Source of the DNA: an uncultured delta proteobacterium
GTDB taxonomy: Bacteria; Desulfobacterota; Binatia; JACPRU01
DNA: 64,000 nucleotides
Assembly (NCBI GenBank): GCA_963745025.1
Contig: CAVUWD010000012.1
Span: forward strand, 32,001-96,000
Reading direction: 5' to 3'
Both the position numbers and the translations under genes were made by a program. The notes below the pieces were generated by a model. It had not been told where the DNA came from, made no database searches, and worked only from the letters and a program-made list of their open reading frames with translations. Positions 1 to 9,068 of this stretch are shown piece by piece. The first letter of the stretch is position 1; each line of letters opens with the position of its first letter.

Positions 1-635
1 TCGTACGACACGCGGCGCTGCAGCAGCGGTTCGCTCACCTCCTCGAAGATGTTGCGCAGCATGGTCTCGACGAGATCCGCCGGGTCCTCGCAGAGCATCG
101 CGAGCTTCTCCGCACGGCCGAGCTTCGGCACGTAGGCGTCGCTCTTCAGCACGACCCAGACGTCGCCGCGAAGCTCCGCGGCTCCCGTGCGCAGCAGCTC
201 GTCGAGAATCGCCCGCGCCGGCAGATCCACTGTGACTTGCTCGGCAAGCTTGACGAAGCTCGGCCCGCGAGCCGCCTTGTACGGGATCGGCTTCGGTCGC
301 CCCCTTCGATCGGTGGCGCTCGGATCACCGCGCCAACGACTGATCAGGCTGGCCGCCTGATTCCGGCCGAACGAGGGCAGGCGCTCCGCCTCCGGGCTCC
401 GCGAGCGGATTCGCCGCACCTCCTTGCGGTTGATGCCGGTGATCAGCGAGATGCGACTGTCGGTCTGACGCCGGCCGGCGAGTGCGAAGTCCTCATCCGC
501 GACCTCGATTACGAGTTCGCGTAGCCGCGACTCGAGCAAGCCGAATGGAACGCCCGCGGCGAGTAAGCGGCGAACGATCGGGCGCAAGGTTTCCGCCGCT
601 CCTTGCAGCAATCCCTCTCCCGTCTCTTGCGACAT
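1..635 (-). CDS. DUF6502 family protein (putative DNA-binding regulator), 3' end outside window
   Basis: Not in ORF track. Manual translation from ATG at 635: MSQETGEGLLQGAAETLRPIVRRLLAAGVPFG...EVADEDFALAGRRQTDSRISLITGINRKEVRR...LISRW...GPSFVKL...DLPARAILDELLRTG...YVP...LLQRRVSY, the typical DUF6502 pattern; frame open to window edge. Confidence 0.8.
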   Translation of the reverse strand, partial: MSQETGEGLLQGAAETLRPIVRRLLAAGVPFGLLESRLRELVIEVADEDFALAGRRQTDSRISLITGINRKEVRRIRSRSPEAERLPSFGRNQAASLISRWRGDPSATDRRGRPKPIPYKAARGPSFVKLAEQVTVDLPARAILDELLRTGAAELRGDVWVVLKSDAYVPKLGRAEKLAMLCEDPADLVETMLRNIFEEVSEPLLQRRVSY

Positions 636-677
636 GTTGGCATGCTAGCGGAACGACTAGAGAGGCGCTATATATCC

Positions 678-716
678 AATGGGATTTTTCTTAATATAAT
701 GGGATTTTTGCCCATT
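678..716. promoter_or_regulatory. Operator-like direct repeat and palindrome upstream of DUF6502 gene
   Basis: AATGGGATTTTT at 678-689 and 698-709 (20-bp period); AATGGG-N7-CCCATT inverted repeat at 698-716; AT-rich island in GC-rich DNA. Confidence 0.55.
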
Positions 717-1090
717 TCGAGCTTGACCGCCACCTGGACGAGAATCAGGACGACGGTGGCATCCCGAGGACCAAGGCGGCTCTATGCGACCGATGGTTCG
801 TCAGAGAGCAGCTCTGCGAGCGGCAGCGGTTCCTCCGAGGATGGCCGCTCGGACGGGTAGTTTCGAGCCTGCCGGATCTCCCCGGCAGACGAACGCGGAG
901 ATCTGCCTCTCGAACCGATTACGCGACCCGTGATTCCGTCGCGGTTTCCAGTCATTCAATAAGTGATATCCGTACCAAACGGCGATCATATGTGTGCAAG
1001 AATGTCGTGCTTACGACGATCCTTTGCTGCGTCGATCGTATAATCGGGAAAAAACCTCCGTAAATCCGCTCCCTGTATCGGCAAGCTAAG

Positions 1091-1106
1091 AGGTACGAAG
1101 CTTGCT
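1091..1106 (+). promoter_or_regulatory. Putative sigma54 (-24/-12) promoter of the PilB/GspE ATPase
   Basis: AGGTACGAAGCTTGCT: GG-N10-GC spacing, close to the TGGCAC-N5-TTGCW consensus, about 80 bp before the likely start. Confidence 0.6.
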
Positions 1107-1183
1107 GTAGCTCTCAGCGATCCGCGAGTGGCGTGAATCGCGGACACTTATCGTCAGTGCGCAACATCCACGGAGGAACGATC

Positions 1184-3715
1184 GTGCCCGAGTCCGCAAC
1201 GACGACACCACGGCCACCCGGTTTGGCCTCGACGCCCCAACGGACCAACGGCGCGAAAGTAGCTCAACTCGATTCGCACGCGGGGAAGTCGCCGGTAAGC
1301 GAAAGCCTCGTCGCTGACCAGCGCTTGCTTGGATTCCTCATGAAGATCGGCAAGCTCGACCGTCGCGAAGCGGAGGCGGCAAGGAATGCCTGCCAGGCCA
1401 AGGGGGCCTCGGCGATCGAGCTCCTCGCTTCGGGCGACCCGCAGCACGAGGAAGACCTCGCCGCGGCGATCGCCCACGGGCTCGGACTGCCGCTCCTGAA
1501 GCTCGCTACCGTAAACATTGACGAATGGGCCGCCGATCTCGTGGACGAGGCGACAGCGACCCGCTTCGCGTTGATCGCCGTCGGCGCCGACGACGAGACG
1601 GTCACGCTGGTGATGGCCAATCCCTTCGATCAGGAAGCGATCAAGTATGTCGAGTTCGCCACCGAACGTCGTGTTCGCCGTGCGGTCGGCGCTCGCGGCG
1701 ACATCCTGCAGGCGGTGTCCGAAGTCTACAGCCACGCAGAGACCCTGGCCACGGTGCTCGCCGGCGTGCCCGAGGATGCGTCGGTCGAGGTGATCCCGGG
1801 AACGACACCGTCTTCGGAGGCTCACGACATCGACCCGAGGAAGCTCGCGCAGGAGGCCGAGCAGGCGCCGATCATCAAGATGGTGAATCTAATTCTCGTC
1901 GACGCCATCGCCTCGAAGGCCAGCGACATTCATATCGAGCCGAGCCCGAACGTCGTGCTGGTCCGCTACCGGCTCGACGGTATGCTCGTCGAGGGGCATC
2001 AGCTGCCGAAGTGGGTACAGAATCCGCTCACCGCGCGCATCAAGATCATGGCGAAGGCCGACATCACCGAGCGGCGAACTCCCCAGGACGGCCACTTCAC
2101 GATCCGCCACGACGAGAGGCTCGTCGACGTGCGCGTCTCGGTGCTGCCGACCACGGACGGCGAGAAGTTCGTACTGCGGCTGCTCGACCCGAACGCCACC
2201 TCCCGCAAGCTCGACGCGCTCGGCATGAGCCCGCAGGACCTGGCGAAGATTCGTCAGCTCATCCGCAAGCCCGAGGGCATGATTCTCGTTACGGGTCCGA
2301 CCGGTAGCGGCAAGAGCAGCACGCTCTGCGCGATGATCGAGGAGATCTTCTCGCCGCACCGAAACATCGTCACGATCGAGAATCCGGTCGAGTTCAATAT
2401 CAAGGGCGTCACCCAGGTCGAGGTCAACGAGAAGCAAGGCCTTACCTTCGCGAGCGTGCTGCGCTCCGTGCTGAGGCAGGACCCGGACGTCATCATGGTG
2501 GGAGAGATCCGCGACCGCGAGACGGCCGAGATCGCCTTCCGCGCCGCCCAGACGGGGCACCTCGTGCTGTCCACCCTGCACACGAACGATACGGTCTCGA
2601 CGATCACTCGCCTCCTCGACCTCGGCATCGAGCCGTATCTCATCGCGCCGTCGCTGATCGCCATCATCGCGCAGCGTCTGGTGCGCAAGGTGTGCGAGCA
2701 CTGCGCCGAGCCGGCAGTGGGCGAGGGCCCGACGCTCCATCGCGAGCGAAGGCTACGCGAGGGTAAAGGCTGTGCGGTGTGCCACGGCACGGGCTACGTC
2801 GGTCGCACGGGCTGCTACGAAGTACTCGAGATCAGCAAGGGGATGCAGCGCCTGATCGAGGCCAAGGCGCCGGAGAGCCAGATCCGCATACTGGGCGAGG
2901 ATGAAGGCATGATCTCGCTGCGCGAGAACACGCTCGTCAAGGTCGAAGGCGGATTGACCACGACCGAGGAAGCGGCGCGCGTGATTCAGTTCGAGTCTCG
3001 CGGGCCGAAGTGTCCACAGTGCCTGAACCCGGTGGAAGAGCAGTTCGTCACCTGTCCGTACTGCCGTCATTCCCTGCGCTCGGCGTGTCGCGCGTGCGGC
3101 ATGACGCTCAAGAAGAACTGGACGAGCTGCCCCTACTGCGAGGCGTCGTCGGCCGACACACCGCCGGCGACGAAGCCCGCGCCGGCCGCGCCGAGCCCGG
3201 TCGAGCAAGGCGAGACACGGCCGGAGGCCTCAGCGGGGGAGGTCGTCGGCCAAACGAGCGAGAAGGCGAAGATCCTCGTCGTCGACGATTACGCCGACGT
3301 GCGCATGTTCATCCGCACCGCGCTGCAGTCGGACGGAAACGACGTGATCGTGGAGGAAGCGGAGAGCGGGGCCGACGCGCTCGCCCGAATCGAGACGGAC
3401 AAGCCGCATCTCATCATCCTCGACCTGATGATGCCGGGGATGGACGGCTACGAGGTCTGCCGGCGCCTGCGCGCGAATCTGAAGACCGCGTTCATTCCCA
3501 TTCTGATGCTCACCGCGCTCGCCGACACCAAGAGCAAGAGCCTCGGCTTCCTGGCGGGAACGGACGACTATCTGGTCAAGCCCTTCGAGAACGCAGAGCT
3601 GCGGTCTCGCGTCGGCTGGCTGCTGCAGCGCTCGTATCGCCTGGCTGCGAAGAAGGGGGACTTCAAAATCGGCGAGACTCCCAGCCGCACGCCCGCGCAA
3701 GGAACGTCGCAATGA
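1184..3715 (+). CDS. PilB/GspE-family secretion ATPase with C-terminal double zinc ribbon and receiver (REC) domain
   Basis: GGAGG then GTG at 1184; ASDIHIEP, Walker A GPTGSGKS, LRQDPDVIMVGEIRD, GHLVLSTLH, tetra-Cys motif; CPQC/CPYC/CRAC/CPYC; REC motifs ILVVDD, DLMMPGMDG, MLTA, KPF. Confidence 0.92.
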   Translation: MPESATTTPRPPGLASTPQRTNGAKVAQLDSHAGKSPVSESLVADQRLLGFLMKIGKLDRREAEAARNACQAKGASAIELLASGDPQHEEDLAAAIAHGLGLPLLKLATVNIDEWAADLVDEATATRFALIAVGADDETVTLVMANPFDQEAIKYVEFATERRVRRAVGARGDILQAVSEVYSHAETLATVLAGVPEDASVEVIPGTTPSSEAHDIDPRKLAQEAEQAPIIKMVNLILVDAIASKASDIHIEPSPNVVLVRYRLDGMLVEGHQLPKWVQNPLTARIKIMAKADITERRTPQDGHFTIRHDERLVDVRVSVLPTTDGEKFVLRLLDPNATSRKLDALGMSPQDLAKIRQLIRKPEGMILVTGPTGSGKSSTLCAMIEEIFSPHRNIVTIENPVEFNIKGVTQVEVNEKQGLTFASVLRSVLRQDPDVIMVGEIRDRETAEIAFRAAQTGHLVLSTLHTNDTVSTITRLLDLGIEPYLIAPSLIAIIAQRLVRKVCEHCAEPAVGEGPTLHRERRLREGKGCAVCHGTGYVGRTGCYEVLEISKGMQRLIEAKAPESQIRILGEDEGMISLRENTLVKVEGGLTTTEEAARVIQFESRGPKCPQCLNPVEEQFVTCPYCRHSLRSACRACGMTLKKNWTSCPYCEASSADTPPATKPAPAAPSPVEQGETRPEASAGEVVGQTSEKAKILVVDDYADVRMFIRTALQSDGNDVIVEEAESGADALARIETDKPHLIILDLMMPGMDGYEVCRRLRANLKTAFIPILMLTALADTKSKSLGFLAGTDDYLVKPFENAELRSRVGWLLQRSYRLAAKKGDFKIGETPSRTPAQGTSQ

Positions 3716-3797
3716 GGCTCTGACGGGGACGTCCCTTATCAACAATGCCGGCTGATGATTCCGGCTCGATACGGGAGATCAGGATGCAGCGTCCCCA

Positions 3798-5333
3798 TCA
3801 TGCGCCCGCAGCGAAGGCGACCTCGAAGACCGCGCCCCCTTCGGGCGGAAACTCGGCGGCGACGGTTCCTCCCTGAGCGGCGACGAGCGCCTGGACGATG
3901 AATAGGCCGAGGCCCGACGAATCGGCTCGCTGCGATCCCATCTCGTTGAAGCGCTGGAAGAGCTTCGGGCGCTGGTCTTCGGGAATACCCGGGCCCTGGT
4001 CCCGGACACGGACCACGACCGAGCCGTTCCGAACGGCGGTCTCCACCCGTACGCTGCTCTTCGTCGGGGAGAACTTGATCGCGTTGTTCACGAGGTTGGC
4101 GACAACGCGGTCGATGAGCCGCGGATCGAGGAGAGCCATGGGGCCCGAACGATCCAAAAGGACCTCGAGCCGGATCTGCTTCACGCGCGCTCGACTCTCC
4201 TGGTGGCGGAGCACGCGCTGGATCGTCTCGTTGAGAAAGACCGGCTCGAGCCTGGGAGCGAGCGAGCCGCTTTGGATCTGCGAGGCGTCGACGAAGTTCA
4301 TGGCCAGGCTGAGTGCGGAGTGTGCGTTGGCCTCGATGCGGGCGAGAAATTCGTCGCGCTGGGGCTCGTCGGGCGGTAGATCGCGGAGGATCTCGGCAAA
4401 ACCGAGCACCGCGCTCAAGAGATTCTTGAGATTGTGCGAGAGTATCGCCACGAGATCCTGGCGCACGCCGTCGACGCGCTTTCGCTCCGAAATGTCCCGC
4501 GACGCCGTAAGCACTTCGCTCGGCGCCTGCGTCACCGAATCGTGCAGCACACGCAGCGCCGTCTCCAGCCAGACGTAGCTGTCGTCGTTCCGCCGCACGC
4601 GGTAGCTCACGGTCGCGATACCGGGCTCCGCGGCCGCCGCCGCGCGGATTTTCGCGCGCACGGGTTCCACGTCGTCCGGATAGAAGAACTCGAAATAGGA
4701 CTTTCCGACCATCTCCTTGGGCTCGTACCCGAGGAGCGATCGGCACGCGGGGGACGCGTAGGTCATGACCCCGTCCATCCGGTGACGAGCGATGAAGTCC
4801 GACGACTGGTCCGCCAGCATGCGGTAGCGCTCCTCGCTTGCCCGAAGCGCCTCCTCGGTGCGCCGAGACTCGGTCACGTCCTCCGTCGTGCCCACGTAAC
4901 CTGCCACACGGCCTTGCGGGGAACGAACGACGTTCGCCCGCGCTCGGACCCAGCGCTCCTCACCCGTGGGCGTCAGAAACCGGAACTCGACCGACAACGC
5001 CTTGCCTTCCGCGGCGGCCGTCCTCTGCGCTTCCGCAACGCGCGGACGATCCTCGGGATGGATCGCGCGCAGGTAACCATCCTCCAAGCTTTCCTCGAGC
5101 GTGAGCCCGGCCATCTCCTGAAACCGGGGGTTCGTGTAGAGGCATTTGCCGCGCGCGTCGGTTTCGTAGATGCCGATCGGCGCGGCCGCGCTCAACGTGC
5201 GGAAGCGCTCTGCGCTCCGGCGAAGCTCGTCGGCGGTGTGCGCGCTCTCGGCCGCTTCGCGGGCGAAATTCGCCGCGCGCTCTTGGACGACTGGATCCGT
5301 CATCCGCACCGACTCATCCGTTGGCACCCCCAC
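3798..5333 (-). CDS. PAS-PAS sensor histidine kinase
   Basis: Two PAS/PAC domains (IHPEDR, DVTE; YPDD, DISERK); H-box SHNLKN; N-box NLVNNAIKF; DQGPGI; GLGL. Confidence 0.92.
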   Translation of the reverse strand: MGVPTDESVRMTDPVVQERAANFAREAAESAHTADELRRSAERFRTLSAAAPIGIYETDARGKCLYTNPRFQEMAGLTLEESLEDGYLRAIHPEDRPRVAEAQRTAAAEGKALSVEFRFLTPTGEERWVRARANVVRSPQGRVAGYVGTTEDVTESRRTEEALRASEERYRMLADQSSDFIARHRMDGVMTYASPACRSLLGYEPKEMVGKSYFEFFYPDDVEPVRAKIRAAAAAEPGIATVSYRVRRNDDSYVWLETALRVLHDSVTQAPSEVLTASRDISERKRVDGVRQDLVAILSHNLKNLLSAVLGFAEILRDLPPDEPQRDEFLARIEANAHSALSLAMNFVDASQIQSGSLAPRLEPVFLNETIQRVLRHQESRARVKQIRLEVLLDRSGPMALLDPRLIDRVVANLVNNAIKFSPTKSSVRVETAVRNGSVVVRVRDQGPGIPEDQRPKLFQRFNEMGSQRADSSGLGLFIVQALVAAQGGTVAAEFPPEGGAVFEVAFAAGA

Positions 5334-5398
5334 TTCGCGTTATTGTAACCGGAAGGGGCGGATTCTTGAAATCGTGGCGACCGCTGCGCGGAAACGGA

Positions 5399-7093
5399 TC
5401 ATTCGGAGTGGGGGGGAGGCGCCTCGGTGCGCTCGAGACGGGCCCGCAACTCCCGTTTCAACACTTTTCCGGTCGGATTTCGTGGCAGCTCGTCGACACG
5501 CTCGAAGCGGCGCGGGACCTTGTATCCCGCGAGGCTCGTCTTGCAGAACGCGATCAGCTCCTCCGTCGCGGGGATCTCCGCGGGCTTGCGAGCAACGACA
5601 AACGCGACGAGGGCCTCGCCCCACTTTTCGTCGGGGACGCCGATGACCGCCGCCTCGCGAATCGCCGAATGGGTGGTCAGCACGGATTCGATCTCCGCCG
5701 GATAGACGTTCATGCCGCCGCTGATCACCATGTCCGTCTTGCGGCCGACGAGCTGCAGATAGCCGCGCGAATCACGCAGGGCGAGGTCACCGACGCTGAA
5801 GTAATCGCCGAAGCGTGACGCGCGCGTGGCCGCGTCGTTGCCGTGGTAGCCCTCGACGGTGAGGGAGCTGCGGGCGAAGAGCTCGCCGACTTCGCCGTCC
5901 GCAACCGGGCGACGATGATCGTCGAGGAGCAAGACGTCGACGCCGGGGAATGGGCGCCCGACTGTGCCGGGGCAGGCGCGCTTGTCCTCGGGGCTAGCCA
6001 CCGTGACGTAGCCCATCTCGGTCGAGCCGTAGACGTCGTAGAGCACGTCGCCGAAGGACTCGCGAGCGGCAATTTCCAAACTCTCCGGCAGCGTCGAGCC
6101 AGTGGTGACGATCATCCGTAAGCTCGAGGTGTCGAACTTCGCGCGTTCTTCGGCGGGCTCGTCGAGAATGGCACGCAACATGGTCGGCACCAGCGCGCTC
6201 GTGGTGATCTTCTCTCGGTCCACGGTCGCGAGAAAGTCGATGGGGTCGAATTTCTCGAGAATGTACAGCGTGGCTCCGAGCGAGAGATGTACCGCGGCGA
6301 ATCCCGACCCCGTGGCGTGGTACAGAGGCGCCGCGATCAGGTGGCGGTCGGAGCGGCGAAACGGCACGCGCCGAAGCAAGCCCAGGACCTCCGTGAGCCT
6401 GGCCTTGGCCAGGTCACGCACCGCGCCTTTCGGCTTGCCCGTCGTTCCCGACGTGTAGAGGATCGTCCGGCTTCCCCCGCGCCGCCACTCGGCGGGCGGC
6501 TCGTCCTCCGAGCCAAGCGCGAGGAAGATCTCGTACGGGACGAAGCCGCTACCCTGCTCCGGTCCGACGGCGACCAGCCGATCCTGCTCGAAGCCGAGCT
6601 CCGCGGTCGCTTCGTGAACGACGGACGCGTACTTCACGTCGAAGAGAAACACGGTCGCACCGGAGTTCTCGAGGAGATAGCGCACTTCCGGCGCGGTATA
6701 GCGGTACGAGACGAAGACCGCGGAGGCGCCGACCTTCTGGCAGCCGGCCATCGCCTCGAACCACTCGATCGAATTCCCGAGCATGATCGCGACGCGATCA
6801 CCGGACTCGACGTCGATCGAATGGAGCGCATTGGCGAGACGATTGATCCGCGCATTCGCCTGCCGCCAGGTGAAACAGCGCTCGCCCTGAACGAGCGCCG
6901 GTTTGTCGGGCGTGTCTGCCGCATAGATTGGCCAGACGACCGCGGGGTGAAAGTCTCCCGCAGCGATGCGCCGGGTTACCTCGACTAGCCCATCGAGAGA
7001 CTCGAGGCCGAAGCCGGCTGCATCGTAGAGGGCACGCAGCGAATCGAGGAGATCGCAGGCGGATTCTGCCGCGCTGGTGAGGAGCTGGGTCAT
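5399..7093 (-). CDS. Acyl-CoA synthetase / long-chain fatty acid-CoA ligase
   Basis: YTSGTTGKPKG, YGSTE, GRKTDMVISGGMNVYPAEIE, PRNPTGKVLK. Confidence 0.93.
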   Translation of the reverse strand: MTQLLTSAAESACDLLDSLRALYDAAGFGLESLDGLVEVTRRIAAGDFHPAVVWPIYAADTPDKPALVQGERCFTWRQANARINRLANALHSIDVESGDRVAIMLGNSIEWFEAMAGCQKVGASAVFVSYRYTAPEVRYLLENSGATVFLFDVKYASVVHEATAELGFEQDRLVAVGPEQGSGFVPYEIFLALGSEDEPPAEWRRGGSRTILYTSGTTGKPKGAVRDLAKARLTEVLGLLRRVPFRRSDRHLIAAPLYHATGSGFAAVHLSLGATLYILEKFDPIDFLATVDREKITTSALVPTMLRAILDEPAEERAKFDTSSLRMIVTTGSTLPESLEIAARESFGDVLYDVYGSTEMGYVTVASPEDKRACPGTVGRPFPGVDVLLLDDHRRPVADGEVGELFARSSLTVEGYHGNDAATRASRFGDYFSVGDLALRDSRGYLQLVGRKTDMVISGGMNVYPAEIESVLTTHSAIREAAVIGVPDEKWGEALVAFVVARKPAEIPATEELIAFCKTSLAGYKVPRRFERVDELPRNPTGKVLKRELRARLERTEAPPPHSE

Positions 7094-7409
7094 TGCTCGT
7101 CCCCCCGAACCGCGAGCCGCACCCGGCCGAGCAACTCATTCGCACCTGTCACTAAACAAGTCATGCGTTCCCGTCCCCGCTGAAAGGAAAACCCTTGTAA
7201 CAAATCTCGTACGGCTTCTCCCGACTCACGTCATGAGATCATGGTACAAACTCGCTACAGGACTAAAGATAAATTGGACAATTTCGCACACAAACGATTG
7301 AGTTTCCCTACTATTTTACCGGAGTTCTTTAATCGTATTTGTATGCTGATCCTAGCTAAAGTCGTCATTTGTCGAGCTTCTTCCGCAGCCGATTTCGGCT
7401 GCCTTCATG

Positions 7410-7425
7410 AGGCACGTTTTTCGCT
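7410..7425 (+). promoter_or_regulatory. Putative sigma54 (-24/-12) promoter
   Basis: AGGCACGTTTTTCGCT (GG-N10-GC) at the end of an AT-rich intergenic stretch, just before ORF 7439. Confidence 0.55.
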
Positions 7426-7438
7426 TTGACATGTTTGC

Positions 7439-7729
7439 ATGATTCGTCACCTTTCCTTCGATGAAACGGTGACGTGTCCGGTGCTCAATTCGGCCTGGCC
7501 GCTAGACGCCGGAGAACAGCAGCACAACGAGACGGCGGTAAGAAGTCTGGAAGAGCGGCTCGCCATGGCGTCCGCCGAAATCCGCAACGCGCTCGTGCCG
7601 CTGCAAACCGTCGCCGCGCTACTGCAGCGGAGCCCCGACGTCGAGACACAAGACTGGTGCTCCTGGATGCTGCGCCGAGAAGTCAGACACATCGTAGACA
7701 TCCTCGAAAGGCTGGCCGACCAGGCATAG
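7439..7729 (+). CDS. Small protein resembling an isolated HisKA/DHp domain lacking the phosphoacceptor His
   Basis: LAMASAEIRNALVPLQTVAALLQ...WMLRREVRHIVDILERLAD parallels the HisKA pattern LAMLxHELRNPLxPI...IERQVRHLxRLVDDLLD; no CA domain. Confidence 0.6.
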   Translation: MIRHLSFDETVTCPVLNSAWPLDAGEQQHNETAVRSLEERLAMASAEIRNALVPLQTVAALLQRSPDVETQDWCSWMLRREVRHIVDILERLADQA

Positions 7730-8033
7730 CCTTCGAACGCTCGCAATCGCCCCGTGCGGCAGCGTGCCATGCGGGGCGACGGTTCGTGCCGCCGGCGATC
7801 AGGCCTCTGGTCGAGCGCCGGTAGCGCATCCTCTCCCGCGGGACGGCCCTGGAAGAAGCTGCGCGTCGCTCGAGGTCTAGCCTCGATCCGAAATTTCTTC
7901 GGTGACCTGAACACGGCGGGCTCGCGCCTGGCTTGTCCGCCACGACCTTAAGGGACAAACGGCTCTGGACCGGATCCCGGCCGAGCCTCAGCCGAGCGGA
8001 TATTTGGTCGGCGACGGGACGCGAGACTCGCTG

Positions 8034-8546
8034 CTACTTGAAATCGCGGTCCATCAGAGTCTTGCGCCCCTCGGTGGCGGCGTGGCGGATGCCCTCGTCG
8101 CAGAGCATGCGCAGACGGTCCGAGAGCACCTCCATGACCGCGTCCGACGTATTCATACCCGAGCGGGCGCGCACGTATGCCTTGAGCTTGGAGACGACGA
8201 TCAGGATGTCACGCGGGAGGTCGGTCTCGTGGAGACTGGCGATCGTCGGCTCGGCCCGGGATGGGACCGCGGCAGCCGGGCCGAGAGGAGTGGCCGACCG
8301 ACTCACCGCTTCCGCCGGCCGGTGCTCACGCTCCCACTGCGATTGCGTGGGCGAACGCTTCTCCTCCGCCCACGCCTCGCGGTGTCGCATCACCGGCACG
8401 TGCGCGTCCCAGCACTCGACCGAGCAGAAACGAAGCTCGGTCCCCTTGCGGTTACAGGTCGAGACGCTGCAGACGTAATATGTCTGATCGAAATCGACGT
8501 CGCCCTTGCAACTGTTGCAGCGAGCCCAGCCGGGTGAGGCTTCCAT
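8034..8546 (-). CDS. Bacterial histone-fold protein with N-terminal Cys-rich zinc finger (ZZ-type histone)
   Basis: GGAGG then ATG at 8546; CNSC...CSVSTC...FCSVECWDAH; C-terminal ILIVVSKLKAYVRARSGMNTSDAVMEVLSDRLRMLCDEGIRHAATEGRKTLMDRDF with the histone RKT...RD signature. Confidence 0.88.
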   Translation of the reverse strand: MEASPGWARCNSCKGDVDFDQTYYVCSVSTCNRKGTELRFCSVECWDAHVPVMRHREAWAEEKRSPTQSQWEREHRPAEAVSRSATPLGPAAAVPSRAEPTIASLHETDLPRDILIVVSKLKAYVRARSGMNTSDAVMEVLSDRLRMLCDEGIRHAATEGRKTLMDRDFK

Positions 8547-8657
8547 CGGACATACCTCCGCTCCCCTTTTGACAGATTCGGGCGAGCGCCGCACTCGAAA
8601 CCTATTTGTAGGCGTATTGCCTCAGTTTTGGCCACACGCGCTGGAAATTCCCGAAGC

Positions 8658-8769
8658 GCTGGATCTTCCGGTCGGCCCGTGCTCGGGTCGACCGGAAGAT
8701 CCAGCCACTGCGCGCAAGCGCGGAGAGCAATAAACCATCTCGTGGGTTATTGGCTTCCGCGCTCCGCGC
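8658..8769. repeat. Copy of dispersed 48-bp hairpin repeat (8658-8705) followed by a second imperfect hairpin
   Basis: GCTGGATCTTCCGGTCGGCCCG-TGCT-CGGGTCGACCGGAAGATCCAGC; 37/48 identical to 48585-48632. Confidence 0.8.
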
Positions 8770-9068
8770 TCTTCGTCGTTCCGAAGCGTTCGAGGCGAAG
8801 ACTAAGGCGTTACTCATAGGCAACCGTATCTCGAGGGCCTTTGGCCCGCTTCGCAGATTGGCTTCCCGCATCGATCTATCGATCGCCATCGATCGCAGAC
8901 CTGATCGCGAACAAAGGCATCCGGGATCGTCGCGCGCAAAGATCTTCCGAACCGCCAAATTTTTGCCGCGCAAATCTGTCCGGAGCGGAAATTCTCTTGA
9001 TTTTCCTGCCTAAATGCGCGGGTCCGCGGCTTGCACGAACAGTTGCCTTCATGAATCGCAGGCGGCGT

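Noticed and set aside
7242-7256. Second sigma54 motif TGGTACAAACTCGCT
   Set aside because: GG-to-GC spacing is 9, not 10
7100-7400. Riboswitch or ncRNA in the AT-rich intergenic region
   Set aside because: No recognisable conserved motif or stable stems; more likely promoter/enhancer DNA
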